The notes: generated from the letters alone by a model not told the origin. Positions 8,868 to 18,645 are shown, counted from the stretch's first letter. The stretch: 31,401 bases of DNA from Crocosphaera sp. (GCA_051439445.1 JBFRWG010000063.1:1-31401), one strand, 5' to 3'. Numbers and translations: made by a program.

Positions 8868-10487
8868 GTGACTAATTTATTACCTGATTGGACTCAGTTT
8901 ACTTTAAAACAAAAGATCGGACAAATGATCGTTGTTCGCGCTTCTGGTCATTTGTTTGATCACCAAATTTCTTACCCCATCTGGGAAGCATCTAACCCTC
9001 AACTCTCCCATTGGTTAGAGACATTAAACCTCGGTGGAATTATTTTATTAGGGGGCAGTGCAGCAGAATTATCCTTAAGAACACAACAGTTACAACAATG
9101 GTCAAAAACCCCTCTCTTTATTGCAGCAGATATTGAGGAAGGTGTAGGACAAAGGTTTAGCGGAGCGACTTATTTTCCCCCACCTATGGCCTTAGGAGAA
9201 ATTGCTAAATCGGATTTACCATTAGCGATAAAATATGCGTATAAAATGGGAGAAGTTACGGCAAAAGAAGCGTTAGGAATTGGCATTAATTGGCTGTTAA
9301 GCCCCATTGTTGATGTGAATAATAACCCTGATAATCCTGTTATTAATATTCGTTCTTTTGCTGATAGTCCAGAGGTAGTTAGTGAGTTAAGTACAGCGTT
9401 TATCAAAGGGGCAAAAAATTATCCTGCTTTAACAACAGCTAAACATTTTCCAGGCCATGGTGATACTAGCAATGATTCTCATCTAGATTTACCAATTATT
9501 AATCATAATAATGAACGTTTAGAACATATAGAATTAGTACCCTTTCAAGCAGCAATTACGGCTAAGGTTGATAGTATTATGACAGCACATTTATTAATTA
9601 GTGCTTGGGATAAACATCATCCTGCTACCTTATCTAAAGCAATTTTAACAGAGAAATTAAGAGAAAAATTGGGCTTTGAGGGATTGATTGTTACTGATGC
9701 TTTAATCATGGGGGGTGTAGCTAAATTTGCTAACTCTGAAGAGATTGCCGTGAAAGCAGTAGAAGCAGGGGCAGATATTTTATTGATGCCAGATAATCCA
9801 GAAATGGCAATTAATGCAGTATATAATGCTGTTAAATCAGAGAGATTAACTGTTGCTAGAATAGACCAATCTCTCAAGAAAATTTGGCGAGCAAAACAGA
9901 AGCTATTTAATCCTACCCATCACCATATCTCCATTGAGCAATTATCTCAAAAAGAAGATAGAGAAACTGTAAAAAATATTATTAACGATTCCCTTAAATA
10001 TAGCGATACTTTGTCCTTAAAAATAAGCTCTGATAGGACAAAACGTAATCTAATTGTCGTTGATGACATTCTCAATGCTGATTTTTTACATCGACAAATG
10101 CCAGCCTTTACTATTCCTAATGTGTTGGGTTATAATTTACAATTAGTTGATCAAAATACCTTGGTTCATCTATTAGAAGATAATAGTAAAACTCTATTAC
10201 AAATTTTCGTAAGAGGTAATCCTTTTCGAGGAAGTGCAGGATTTAATGAAACCTCTAAAGATTGTTACCATAAATTACTTAAAAAGTCAATCGTTGAAGC
10301 ATTAATTATTTATGGAAGTCCCTATGTTTTGGACTGGTTTCAAAGAGAAATGAGTTTAGATATCCCTTGGGTATTTTCCTACGGACAGACAGTAGAAAGT
10401 CAGGCGATCGCTTGTCAAAAATTGTTCAATTTATCAGCATCTAAATTAACTGAAATGTCTCAAAATTTAGGAGATGTTTTTATTTGA
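8868..10487 (+). CDS. Glycoside hydrolase family 3, beta-N-acetylhexosaminidase-like (NagZ-like) with extra C-terminal domain
   Basis: 539 aa with KHFPGHGDTSNDSHLDLPIINH, the NagZ-type catalytic His loop, and GLIVTDALIMGGV containing the GH3 nucleophile Asp region. Starts 5 nt after rbfA. Confidence 0.88.
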   Translation: MTNLLPDWTQFTLKQKIGQMIVVRASGHLFDHQISYPIWEASNPQLSHWLETLNLGGIILLGGSAAELSLRTQQLQQWSKTPLFIAADIEEGVGQRFSGATYFPPPMALGEIAKSDLPLAIKYAYKMGEVTAKEALGIGINWLLSPIVDVNNNPDNPVINIRSFADSPEVVSELSTAFIKGAKNYPALTTAKHFPGHGDTSNDSHLDLPIINHNNERLEHIELVPFQAAITAKVDSIMTAHLLISAWDKHHPATLSKAILTEKLREKLGFEGLIVTDALIMGGVAKFANSEEIAVKAVEAGADILLMPDNPEMAINAVYNAVKSERLTVARIDQSLKKIWRAKQKLFNPTHHHISIEQLSQKEDRETVKNIINDSLKYSDTLSLKISSDRTKRNLIVVDDILNADFLHRQMPAFTIPNVLGYNLQLVDQNTLVHLLEDNSKTLLQIFVRGNPFRGSAGFNETSKDCYHKLLKKSIVEALIIYGSPYVLDWFQREMSLDIPWVFSYGQTVESQAIACQKLFNLSASKLTEMSQNLGDVFI

Positions 10488-10503
10488 GTCATTTCCTAAT
10501 ATA

Positions 10504-11127
10504 TTACTTTTTTGCTTGAATAACTTGTAAGCTTCCCCCTGCATAGAGTCTTTTTTTACAGTCACTAAAACCGACATTTTTTAACTCATGAATGAGATCA
10601 GTTCCTAACAATCTCCAAGCAGTTTCTGTTTCAAATAACCACATAAATGTCGCCAAAGATGGCCAAAATAAAATATTCTTGGGTTTATGGAGATCAATAA
10701 AGGCAAAAATCCCGCCAGGTTTTAACACTCGATAGACCTCTTTAAGAATTTCTCTTAATTGTTCTGTTTCCATTTCATGCAACGCAACACTACTATGAAC
10801 TAAGTTAAATTCTTCCTCAGAAAATGGAATTTTTTCAGCCAAAGCTTCTATATAAGTTGCCTCAGGAACAATTTTTTTAGCCCTTTCAATCGCTATAGAA
10901 GAAGCATCAAGCCCCGTAACTTGTGAAGACTTTTTGACTAAAAATTGAGTGGTTTGACCACTACCACAACAGAGGTCTAAAATTTTAGTATTGGCATCAA
11001 TTTTTATCCCTTCAAGACATAAACCACGAAATCTCTTTTCTCCTCCTACTACTAAAGAACTAAAACGTGAAATGGTATTATATAACCAAGGATATTGATA
11101 ACTTAACGGTCTTAAAAAAGTTGCCAT
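10504..11127 (-). CDS. Class I SAM-dependent methyltransferase
   Basis: 207 aa with KILDLCCGSGQTTQFL (motif I), VTGLDASSIAIERAK and LKPGGIFAFIDLHKP. Confidence 0.85.
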   Translation of the reverse strand: MATFLRPLSYQYPWLYNTISRFSSLVVGGEKRFRGLCLEGIKIDANTKILDLCCGSGQTTQFLVKKSSQVTGLDASSIAIERAKKIVPEATYIEALAEKIPFSEEEFNLVHSSVALHEMETEQLREILKEVYRVLKPGGIFAFIDLHKPKNILFWPSLATFMWLFETETAWRLLGTDLIHELKNVGFSDCKKRLYAGGSLQVIQAKK

Positions 11128-11218
11128 TTAAAAAAATAAAAATAGTTTAACAATTGCGTCCTGCTTATTACTGTTTGTATAGTAACATAAAGCCCTTCTC
11201 TATGACAGAAAAAACAGG

Positions 11219-11250
11219 TTTTAAACCTCCCCTTGAAAGGGGATGAAAAG
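11219..11250. repeat. Solitary palindromic CRISPR-repeat-like sequence (TTTTAAACCTCCCCTTGAAAGGGGATGAAAAG)
   Basis: TCCCCTT (11228-11234) pairs with AAGGGGA (11237-11243), with a 3' ATGAAAAG handle-like tail. Only one copy seen in the window. Confidence 0.25.
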
Positions 11251-11408
11251 CGGTCGAGGGATGGCAAAGTATCCTCCCCATATCATAATCGACCAAGAAA
11301 AGAAAAATCTTCCTTGTCTCAAACCTCCAACTTGAGGTTAGGGTAATTCTAAATTCTGATTGCTATATCATGATAAAATAAATATAAATATTTTATTAAG
11401 GAGTTTTT

Positions 11409-11657
11409 ATGTTTGAGGGAGTTAACTTTGATTATTTACTAGAAGAAGAAGTCATTGAAGCTAAAAATCATGAAAAACTTTCCTTTCAAGAAGGATTATT
11501 TGTGAAACTTCTGGAAGGGGTTAAAGAGGATCTCATCGGTTATGGAGTCATTCAAACAGATGATAATGAACAAAAAGGAGTCATTTTACTCCGAGATCCT
11601 CATACCAATCAGCAAATTATTCTTGGTTATCTTTCCAATGAACTACAAACGATCTAA
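11409..11657 (+). CDS. Hypothetical small acidic protein
   Basis: 82 aa ORF with upstream GAG (aaggagtttttatg) and sensible composition. No family recognised. Confidence 0.6.
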   Translation: MFEGVNFDYLLEEEVIEAKNHEKLSFQEGLFVKLLEGVKEDLIGYGVIQTDDNEQKGVILLRDPHTNQQIILGYLSNELQTI

Positions 11658-11696
11658 TCATTTGATTGACTAAAAGAGTGAACGAACTTCTCCGCT

Positions 11697-13988
11697 TTAA
11701 AACCTCATCTTTTCCCTAGCATAGTCTAAAATTAATCTTTTTTCTACACGGGCGATCGCCTCATAAGTAGTTTCAACAGCTTCAGGTTCAACAGAGATAT
11801 GGGTGATTCCCCATGAGACTAAATGCTCAATTATATTAGTAGAATTAACCACAATTTGACCGCAAATGGAACTGGGTATTTGTAGTCGTTTAGCTTCTAA
11901 AACTAGCTGTTTTAAAGCATTAAAAACAGCAGATTGATAAGCAGAAGAAAAATGTTCACCGTAGATTTTATTCCGTTCTATTCCTAATAATAAGGGAATT
12001 AAATCATTCGTGCCAATGGCAATCCCTTGAACCCCTGCTTTCACATAATTCGAGAGTTCAAAAATAACGGAAGGTACTTCTGCCATGATCCATACTTGAA
12101 AATCAGGAGAAGCAGTTAATTGAAACCCTTTAATTAACTCAAGGGACAAGCGAAATTCATCAACTGTTCTCACAAAAGGCAAAATAATATTAAGATTGTT
12201 ATACCCTTGTTGTTGCACTTGTAATAAAGCTTGTAATTCCAAGCAGAATAGGTTTGAATCAAGACAATACCCTGCTGTTCCTCTGCGATCTTGATCAACT
12301 GAAAACTTATCATCAAAGGTTCGGTAAAAAATAGGACAAGGGGCAAAAAAATCAGCAAATTCAGTTATTCTTTGTGTCAGTTTAGCAATGATATTTTGCT
12401 GTTGAGAATGACGAAGCCATTCCTTTAAAGGTTGAGGCGTACATAAATCTAATAACATTAATTCTGAACGAACCAAACCTAATCCATCTAAGGGTAAACC
12501 CATAACTTTTTTTAAGGAACTGGGTTGACTTAAATTAACCATTAATCTAGTCCCAATGGGATAATTAAAAGCTGTTGATCGAGATAACAAAGGTTTTTCA
12601 AGGCTCATTTTTTCTTCATTTAATGTATTCAAAGAAATAGTGCCTGTATCTCCATCAAGTAGGATAGAATCTCCTGTTTGTAACCAACTGGTTGCCCCAG
12701 GAATACTCACCACAGCAGGAATACCTAGCTCCCTGGCTAAAATAGCTGCATGACTCGTAATTCCACCTTCTTCTGTAATGATTCCTGATGCTTGTTTGAG
12801 GGAAGATAGTTGAAAGGGATGAATTTTTTGAGCAACAATAATACCCTTGGTTAACTCAGTTGAATCACTGTTGTGATCAAGGAGATGAACAATACCTTGA
12901 ATCCTTCCTGGAGATGCAGCAACCCCTTGTAACTGGGATTGGGAGCTAGCAGTGATGGTTGCTGGTTTTGTCTCTTGAAATGACAGATTATAAGGAGATT
13001 GAATTAATTGCGTGATTGCTATTTGTGGCGATGAATCTTCAGCAGAATGGTAGCATATCCATTCTAAAGAAGACCAATCCATGAAAGATTTTTGCAACTT
13101 TTTATTAATTTGAAATATTTGAGAAATACCCTCAGTATCTAAGCAGTATTCATCCTGCTGCCTAGGGCTGACTAAATAAGATTCTAAACAATTTTTATCT
13201 GTTATTTTATTATTTTTTAACCGATAGGCACAAGGCTTTTTGCCTATTTTTTTCTCAATAATATCCCCCGATAAACTATTTATTTTCCAGTAATCCGCTA
13301 AGATTTTTCCTTGAAGTAAACTATGACCTAAACCCCAGTTTCCCTGTATTTTAATAGAGTTATAATGATTAATACTCACACCAGAAGAAATTGCGTCTAC
13401 CATCGGTTGTACTAGAATTGCTAAGTTTAACTGTTCAATTTTAATACCAAGACGTTGCCAATAAAACAAACTTTTTGCATTTAGCAATTGGCTCCAAATT
13501 TCCTTAATTGCTATTTCTAAATTTTCACCAATATTCCAGCAAACTTGCGCAGGAGCTAAACCAGAAATATCTTGATTTCGTGAGAAATTTCCACTTAAAG
13601 AAGTTCGGAGAATCAATGAACTACTATCTAACTTTGCTGTTGCTTGTTCTAATAGTTCTTTCCAGTGATCAGGGAATGATAAACTTAAAATAGACTGACG
13701 ACTTTGCTGGGCAACGGACTGTAATATTCGAGGATTATCTACGTCTAAATGAAGAGATGACTCTGGAAAATCTGCTAGTAATGAATTCACATCATTCAAG
13801 TTTTCTAAAAACGCTTTAAATGTGTTTGAACTAATGACAAAACCAGGAAAAATAGGATAGCCACTTTGCAGAAGCTGGCTCAATGTCCATGCTTTTTCCC
13901 CAATAATAGGACGAATTTGGGGGTTAACCTCAGACAGCCAATAAAGCTTAATCACTGTAATAACAAAAACCCTAAATGCAACTAACAA
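11697..13988 (-). CDS. PEP synthase / PEP-utilizing enzyme-like protein, divergent
   Basis: 763 aa. Phosphohistidine swivel motif EEGGITSHAAILARELGIPAVV; C-terminal PEP-binding motifs YRTFDDKF, MAEVPSVI, GTNDLIPLLLGIER, CGQIV. The N-terminal nucleotide-binding part (LRTSLSGNFSRNQDISGLAP, NWGLGHSLLQGKI) is diverged. Confidence 0.8.
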   Translation of the reverse strand: MLVAFRVFVITVIKLYWLSEVNPQIRPIIGEKAWTLSQLLQSGYPIFPGFVISSNTFKAFLENLNDVNSLLADFPESSLHLDVDNPRILQSVAQQSRQSILSLSFPDHWKELLEQATAKLDSSSLILRTSLSGNFSRNQDISGLAPAQVCWNIGENLEIAIKEIWSQLLNAKSLFYWQRLGIKIEQLNLAILVQPMVDAISSGVSINHYNSIKIQGNWGLGHSLLQGKILADYWKINSLSGDIIEKKIGKKPCAYRLKNNKITDKNCLESYLVSPRQQDEYCLDTEGISQIFQINKKLQKSFMDWSSLEWICYHSAEDSSPQIAITQLIQSPYNLSFQETKPATITASSQSQLQGVAASPGRIQGIVHLLDHNSDSTELTKGIIVAQKIHPFQLSSLKQASGIITEEGGITSHAAILARELGIPAVVSIPGATSWLQTGDSILLDGDTGTISLNTLNEEKMSLEKPLLSRSTAFNYPIGTRLMVNLSQPSSLKKVMGLPLDGLGLVRSELMLLDLCTPQPLKEWLRHSQQQNIIAKLTQRITEFADFFAPCPIFYRTFDDKFSVDQDRRGTAGYCLDSNLFCLELQALLQVQQQGYNNLNIILPFVRTVDEFRLSLELIKGFQLTASPDFQVWIMAEVPSVIFELSNYVKAGVQGIAIGTNDLIPLLLGIERNKIYGEHFSSAYQSAVFNALKQLVLEAKRLQIPSSICGQIVVNSTNIIEHLVSWGITHISVEPEAVETTYEAIARVEKRLILDYAREKMRF

Positions 13989-14163
13989 TTAAAACGTTAA
14001 ACAAACCTTTATAATCACACCCTCCATCTATTGTCATCATATCATGACAAATTAGGTAATGACAATGATATATTGAGAATTTATTGCCATTAGCGGTTAC
14101 ACTACATAACCAGTATATCCGTTTAAATTTATATTTATCTATAAACACTAATGACTTTCATCT

Positions 14164-16293
14164 ATGAATACAGCTAATTTTATGAGGAGTTTTTATCTTC
14201 TGACAGACCTTTGCAAATCAATCAAGACTCATATCAGACAACAAATACTTCCGAGACTCACTGAGGGGAAATACTTATCAATCCTATGGAACAATTGTAT
14301 GAGAGGGTTTGTCGTCCGCAGTTTTATCCTCTTCTTAACAACCCTGCTGATTAGTATCACTTGGACACCGATAACCGTAGGACAACTCCCTGTGCTTAGT
14401 GCCTCCAATAATAGCAGTATTAAAACGGAAACTCCCTGGTGGGATGTCAACAAAGCACAACGTTGTGGACGACTGTGGTGTAGTGAGGTTCATTTATTTG
14501 GAGGTTTGGACAAAATTTTTAAGGTTGCTGTTGACAATCCTGACGATGCTGCTGTTAAGGTTGAAGAAAGGGCTAGGAAGATACAAACCATTTATGATTC
14601 AATTTATGATCGGGTTCGCCAGTCTGAATTCATGCTTCAAGATCATCTTAGCACATCGACCTTTGGTGCGATTAAGAATTGGCAGAATTTATTTTTTAAT
14701 CGAGATAAGTTAGGAAAACATCCTGCTACACCAAAAATTGAAATTGGAATTAGAAATAATCAAACTGTTGTTTTTGTTCCCCGACAACTTGAGTTAGGGT
14801 TATCAGCACAAACGATTGTAACAGTTAATCGTGCTGATCAGCTTCATCAAGGGAAATTAATTGATGATATTGCGCAAGAATGGAGAGGATTAATTTCTGA
14901 TAGTATTAATCAGGCACTTTGGGCTTATGAAATTGATCAATCTTATCCCTTTGCTAGAGTAGGAATAGCCATTATTCTTGTCTTTCTTCTTGCCATTCCT
15001 TTAATTATTATAGGGGTATTTCGTCACATTTTAAAAATTTGGAATCGCTATCTTCGTCATCAATTAAGAGAATTACAAGAAGCCTTAACTATTGATGCAG
15101 AATCTTTGGCTTCTGAAGAATTCTCTACCTCAGATATTATAGATGAAACGGCTGAAAATAGACCTAGTAATCATCAAATTACTAGGCTGAATAAACAAGA
15201 AATATTAGAAGTTTTTAAAAAAATAATTCATAGGCCCAATAAAGCCTTAGCTAAAGCCAGACAAATCGTTGAAAACACGGTTCAAAATCTGAGTCATAAC
15301 TTGCCCAATTTATCATTAAAAAGACAAGGGATTATTAAACAACAGCAAAATATTGCTCAATTATTTCTAGGATTATTTTTTTGGATACAAATCTTTCTTA
15401 TTTTCTTAGCGTTGACATTAATTGTTTTACTATTTCCTGAAACTCGTCGTTATACTTATTTCTTTTTAGGACAATCTATCGCTATTCCTTTAATTTGGAT
15501 GTCCGCTAATATAGGGGATAAATTGAGTAATTTGTTAATTGATTACTCTCTTAATAAATGGGCGAGAGAAGCACAATTAATTAACCCAAACTCTAATCGT
15601 TATACCTTACGAGTTAGCACCTATTCTAATGCTCTAAAAAGTGGCTCAACCTTTCTTTTTATAGTTATTGCTACAGCAGTAACTGTTACGTTTCTAGGCA
15701 TTGATTTAACTGTATTAGCCAGTGTAGGAAGTGTGGCTTTTGTCTTTGCATTTTTATCTCGAAATGTAGTAGAAGATATGCTCAATGGGATCTTAATTCT
15801 ATGGACAGATCGTTATGCCATTGGGGATGTGATTCAAGTGGGAACTGTCTGCGGATTTGTCGAAAATATGAACATTTATATAACACAAATTAGAGGTTCA
15901 GAAGGACGTTTAGTCACCATTCCTAATAGTAAGATTTCTATTGTTGAAAATTTAACTAAAGATTGGTCAAGGGTTGAATTTAAAATAGAAATTGCTTATG
16001 ATGCTGATGTCAGAAAAGCATTAACTGTCATTAGTAAGGTAAGTGAAGAAATACAAAAGGATCCTATCTGGAAAGATAAAATTATTGAACCGCCCGCTAT
16101 TTTAGGGGTTGATAATGTTTCCCATCAAGGCATCTTAATTCAAGTTTGGATTAAAACACAAGCAATGCAACAATGGGCCATAGGACGAGAGTTTCGCTTA
16201 AGGGTAAAAGAAGCTTTTGAAATAGCAGGAATTAAATTAGGTATTCCTCATCAAGAAGTTAGATATCAAGCCTATTCTTCCATAGATAATTAA
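14164..16293 (+). CDS. MscS-family mechanosensitive ion channel, paralog of 1703..3796
   Basis: 709 aa. Shares ETPWWDVNKAQRCGRLWCSEVH, FAFLSRNVVEDMLNGILILWTDRYAIGDVIQVG, VTIPNSKIS and VGREFRLRVKEAFE-type segments with the upstream paralog. Confidence 0.9.
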   Translation: MNTANFMRSFYLLTDLCKSIKTHIRQQILPRLTEGKYLSILWNNCMRGFVVRSFILFLTTLLISITWTPITVGQLPVLSASNNSSIKTETPWWDVNKAQRCGRLWCSEVHLFGGLDKIFKVAVDNPDDAAVKVEERARKIQTIYDSIYDRVRQSEFMLQDHLSTSTFGAIKNWQNLFFNRDKLGKHPATPKIEIGIRNNQTVVFVPRQLELGLSAQTIVTVNRADQLHQGKLIDDIAQEWRGLISDSINQALWAYEIDQSYPFARVGIAIILVFLLAIPLIIIGVFRHILKIWNRYLRHQLRELQEALTIDAESLASEEFSTSDIIDETAENRPSNHQITRLNKQEILEVFKKIIHRPNKALAKARQIVENTVQNLSHNLPNLSLKRQGIIKQQQNIAQLFLGLFFWIQIFLIFLALTLIVLLFPETRRYTYFFLGQSIAIPLIWMSANIGDKLSNLLIDYSLNKWAREAQLINPNSNRYTLRVSTYSNALKSGSTFLFIVIATAVTVTFLGIDLTVLASVGSVAFVFAFLSRNVVEDMLNGILILWTDRYAIGDVIQVGTVCGFVENMNIYITQIRGSEGRLVTIPNSKISIVENLTKDWSRVEFKIEIAYDADVRKALTVISKVSEEIQKDPIWKDKIIEPPAILGVDNVSHQGILIQVWIKTQAMQQWAIGREFRLRVKEAFEIAGIKLGIPHQEVRYQAYSSIDN

Positions 16294-16297
16294 TACT

Positions 16298-16654
16298 ATG
16301 ATTTTTCACATTACCACTCCCGAAACTTGGCAAAAAGCCAAACAAAATAAGGTCTATAAATGCGATTCTTTAGAAACAGAAGGCTTTATTCACTGTGCTA
16401 CTAAATCTCAAGTTTTAACCATTGCTAACACATTTTATAGTAACTATGAGCAACTAATTATTCTTATCATAAACCCTGATAAATTACTTGCCAAGCTTCA
16501 ATGGGAATCTCCTATACATCCCAATCCTAATCTTGCTGAAAATATTGATGATTCTCAGAAATTTCCTCATATCTATGGGGTTATAAATCTGGATGCTATT
16601 GAAGAAATTATCCAGTTGTGTAAAAATAAACAAGGTTTTTTTGACTCCCTATAA
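16298..16654 (+). CDS. DUF952 family protein
   Basis: 118 aa: MIFHITTPETWQKA...LETEGFIHCATKSQV...FPHIYGVINLDAI, the typical DUF952 pattern. Confidence 0.85.
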   Translation: MIFHITTPETWQKAKQNKVYKCDSLETEGFIHCATKSQVLTIANTFYSNYEQLIILIINPDKLLAKLQWESPIHPNPNLAENIDDSQKFPHIYGVINLDAIEEIIQLCKNKQGFFDSL

Positions 16655-16680
16655 CATCATTATATTTTGTTTTAAAAAAG

Positions 16681-17892
16681 ATGCTGGAACGTTTAATATC
16701 TTTATTAGGTTTAATCGGATTTGTTGCCTTCGCTTATTCTCTTTCTTCTAACCGCACTGCCATTCGTTGGACCACAGTAGCATGGGGAATAGGACTACAG
16801 TTTTTTCTCGGAATCTTTATTTTAAAAACCCCTATTGGAATAACTATTTTTCAATGGCTAGGTAACATCATAAAAACTTTTTTAGATTATTCTGATGAAG
16901 GAGCTAGATTTGTCTTTGGAGAAAGCTTTGAAGAACATTTTATTGCTTTTAAAGTATTACCAACAATTATTTTTTTTGCCTCATTTATTGCCATCTTATA
17001 CCATTACGGGATTTTACCGAAAATGGTTAATATTATTAGTAAAATAATGATGCGTACTATGAAAACATCCGGGGCTGAAACCTTAAGTTGTGCTTCTAAT
17101 ATTTTTGTCGGTTGTACAGAAGCTCCCTTAATGATTAAACCTTATATAAAATCCCTAACTTTATCAGAATTACACGCTATTATGACAGGGGGTTTTGCTA
17201 CTATCGCTGGAGGCGTAATGGCCGCATATATTGCCATGGGAATTTCTCCAACTCACTTAATTTCTGCTTCTGTAATGTCTGCTCCTGCTGCTTTAGCTAT
17301 CTCTAAAATTATGTACCCCGAAACGAATAAATCTGAAACCAGTGGGGACATTAAGATAGACCTAAAAACCCCCTATGCTAATGCCATTGATGCAGCCACA
17401 AATGGTGCCTTAGAAGGACTGAAATTAGCCTTAAATGTAGCAGCAATGTTAATTGCTATTTTAGGATTAGTTGCTTTAGGAAATGGTATTCTAGGAGCAA
17501 TAGGTCAACCCCTAGGAATACAAAACTTATCCTTAGAATTCATCTTTTCTTATTTACTATCTCCCTTAGCTTGGTTAATGGGAATACCTTGGCAAGATTG
17601 CTTACAAGTAGGAATCTTATTGGGGAAAAAAACAATTTTAAATGAATTTATTGCTTACCTAGATTTAAAAACATTAATTGAAGAAGAAACCATTTCCCAA
17701 CGCAGTCAAACCATTGCCACCTACGCATTATGTGGTTTTTCTAACTTAGGAACCATTGGTATTCAGGTTGGAGGAATCACTGCGATCGCCCCTAGTCGTC
17801 AACCAGACTTAGCTAAACTAGGACTGAGAAGCATGATTGCAGGATCATTAGCGTGTTTTATGACTGCTTGTATTGCTGGACTTTTTTTGTAA
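16681..17892 (+). CDS. Concentrative nucleoside transporter (CNT/NupC family)
   Basis: 403 aa membrane protein with ETLSCASNIFVGCTEAPLMIKPYI, HAIMTGGFATIAGGVMAAYI and CGFSNLGTIGIQVGG. Confidence 0.93.
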   Translation: MLERLISLLGLIGFVAFAYSLSSNRTAIRWTTVAWGIGLQFFLGIFILKTPIGITIFQWLGNIIKTFLDYSDEGARFVFGESFEEHFIAFKVLPTIIFFASFIAILYHYGILPKMVNIISKIMMRTMKTSGAETLSCASNIFVGCTEAPLMIKPYIKSLTLSELHAIMTGGFATIAGGVMAAYIAMGISPTHLISASVMSAPAALAISKIMYPETNKSETSGDIKIDLKTPYANAIDAATNGALEGLKLALNVAAMLIAILGLVALGNGILGAIGQPLGIQNLSLEFIFSYLLSPLAWLMGIPWQDCLQVGILLGKKTILNEFIAYLDLKTLIEEETISQRSQTIATYALCGFSNLGTIGIQVGGITAIAPSRQPDLAKLGLRSMIAGSLACFMTACIAGLFL

Positions 17893-18026
17893 TATTTCTT
17901 TAACTTTTAAAGATCATCTAAAAGTTTCTCAGATCACAGCCATTTTGAGTAATTTGTGCTATCTTGTTCCACAGTCGGTTTAAACCTTTAAATTTTAACT
18001 TTTGTATACTTAGAGGCGTAATATTT

Positions 18027-18443
18027 ATGGTTCAGGCTAAAGAAAATAAAAAAAGTGATCTTGCTGCTATCCCTTTCTCTGTCGCTCATAGCGGAGTTGC
18101 TGCCACGGAAATGCGTCCGTGGGGTTCCTTTACTACCCTAGAAGAAGGGCCCGGTTATAAGATCAAACGGATTGAAGTTAATCCAGGTCATCGTCTTAGC
18201 CTACAAATGCACCATCATCGTAGCGAACACTGGATTGTGGTATCTGGAACCGCTAAAGTGACTTGTGGCGACACAGAAAAGATTTTAGCGGCAAATCAGT
18301 CCACTTATGTTCCTCAATGTACCTCCCATCGTTTAGAAAACCCAGGGGTCATTAAACTAATCCTGATTGAAGTGCAAAATGGGGAATATTTAGGAGAAGA
18401 CGATATCATTCGTTTTCAGGATGACTATTCCCGTCATAAATAG
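18027..18443 (+). CDS. Cupin protein, mannose-6-phosphate isomerase type II C-terminal-like
   Basis: RPWGSFTTLEEGPGYKIKRIEVNPGHRLSLQMHHHRSEHWIVVSGTAKVT. The track ORF begins at 17964; the ATG at 18027 (MVQAKENKK...) after GAGG looks like the better start. Confidence 0.9.
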   Translation: MVQAKENKKSDLAAIPFSVAHSGVAATEMRPWGSFTTLEEGPGYKIKRIEVNPGHRLSLQMHHHRSEHWIVVSGTAKVTCGDTEKILAANQSTYVPQCTSHRLENPGVIKLILIEVQNGEYLGEDDIIRFQDDYSRHK

Positions 18444-18478
18444 TTGATTCGTTATCATTCATAGCTCTCTTGTCCGGT

Positions 18479-18525
18479 GGGTTGGGCTACGGAATAAAAA
18501 CATGATGAGTTTTTACGCCCAACCC
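18479..18525. repeat. Imperfect inverted repeat GGGTTGGGC...TAAAAA...TTTTTA...GCCCAACCC
   Basis: GGGTTGGGC (18479-18487) pairs with GCCCAACCC (18517-18525). The inner TAAAAA (18495-18500) pairs with TTTTTA (18510-18515). Confidence 0.6.
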
Positions 18526-18557
18526 AACCCGCCATTTTAAATATTTAGTTGCTCAAA

Positions 18558-18591
18558 AGCTTGCCCCGTGCCGATCAGCACGGGGCAAGCT
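18558..18591. terminator. Strong GC-rich hairpin between convergent genes, possible bidirectional terminator
   Basis: AGCTTGCCCCGTGC / GCACGGGGCAAGCT, 14-bp perfect stem with 6-nt loop CGATCA. No clear T-tract on either side. Confidence 0.55.
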
Positions 18592-18645
18592 AGCTTGGGA
18601 GTTAATTATTGCCTCATTGGCTCTGTGTTCGCGCCTTAACTGTCC

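Noticed and set aside
9170-9877. Two minus-strand ORFs (78 and 86 aa)
   Set aside because: Antisense to the GH3 hydrolase; typical codon-shadow ORFs.
11219-11250. CRISPR array
   Set aside because: Only one repeat-like unit, with no second copy, spacers or cas genes in the window. Kept only as a low-confidence finding.
14229-14713. Two short + strand ORFs (74 and 104 aa)
   Set aside because: Alternative frames of the second MscS gene, whose translation matches its paralog.
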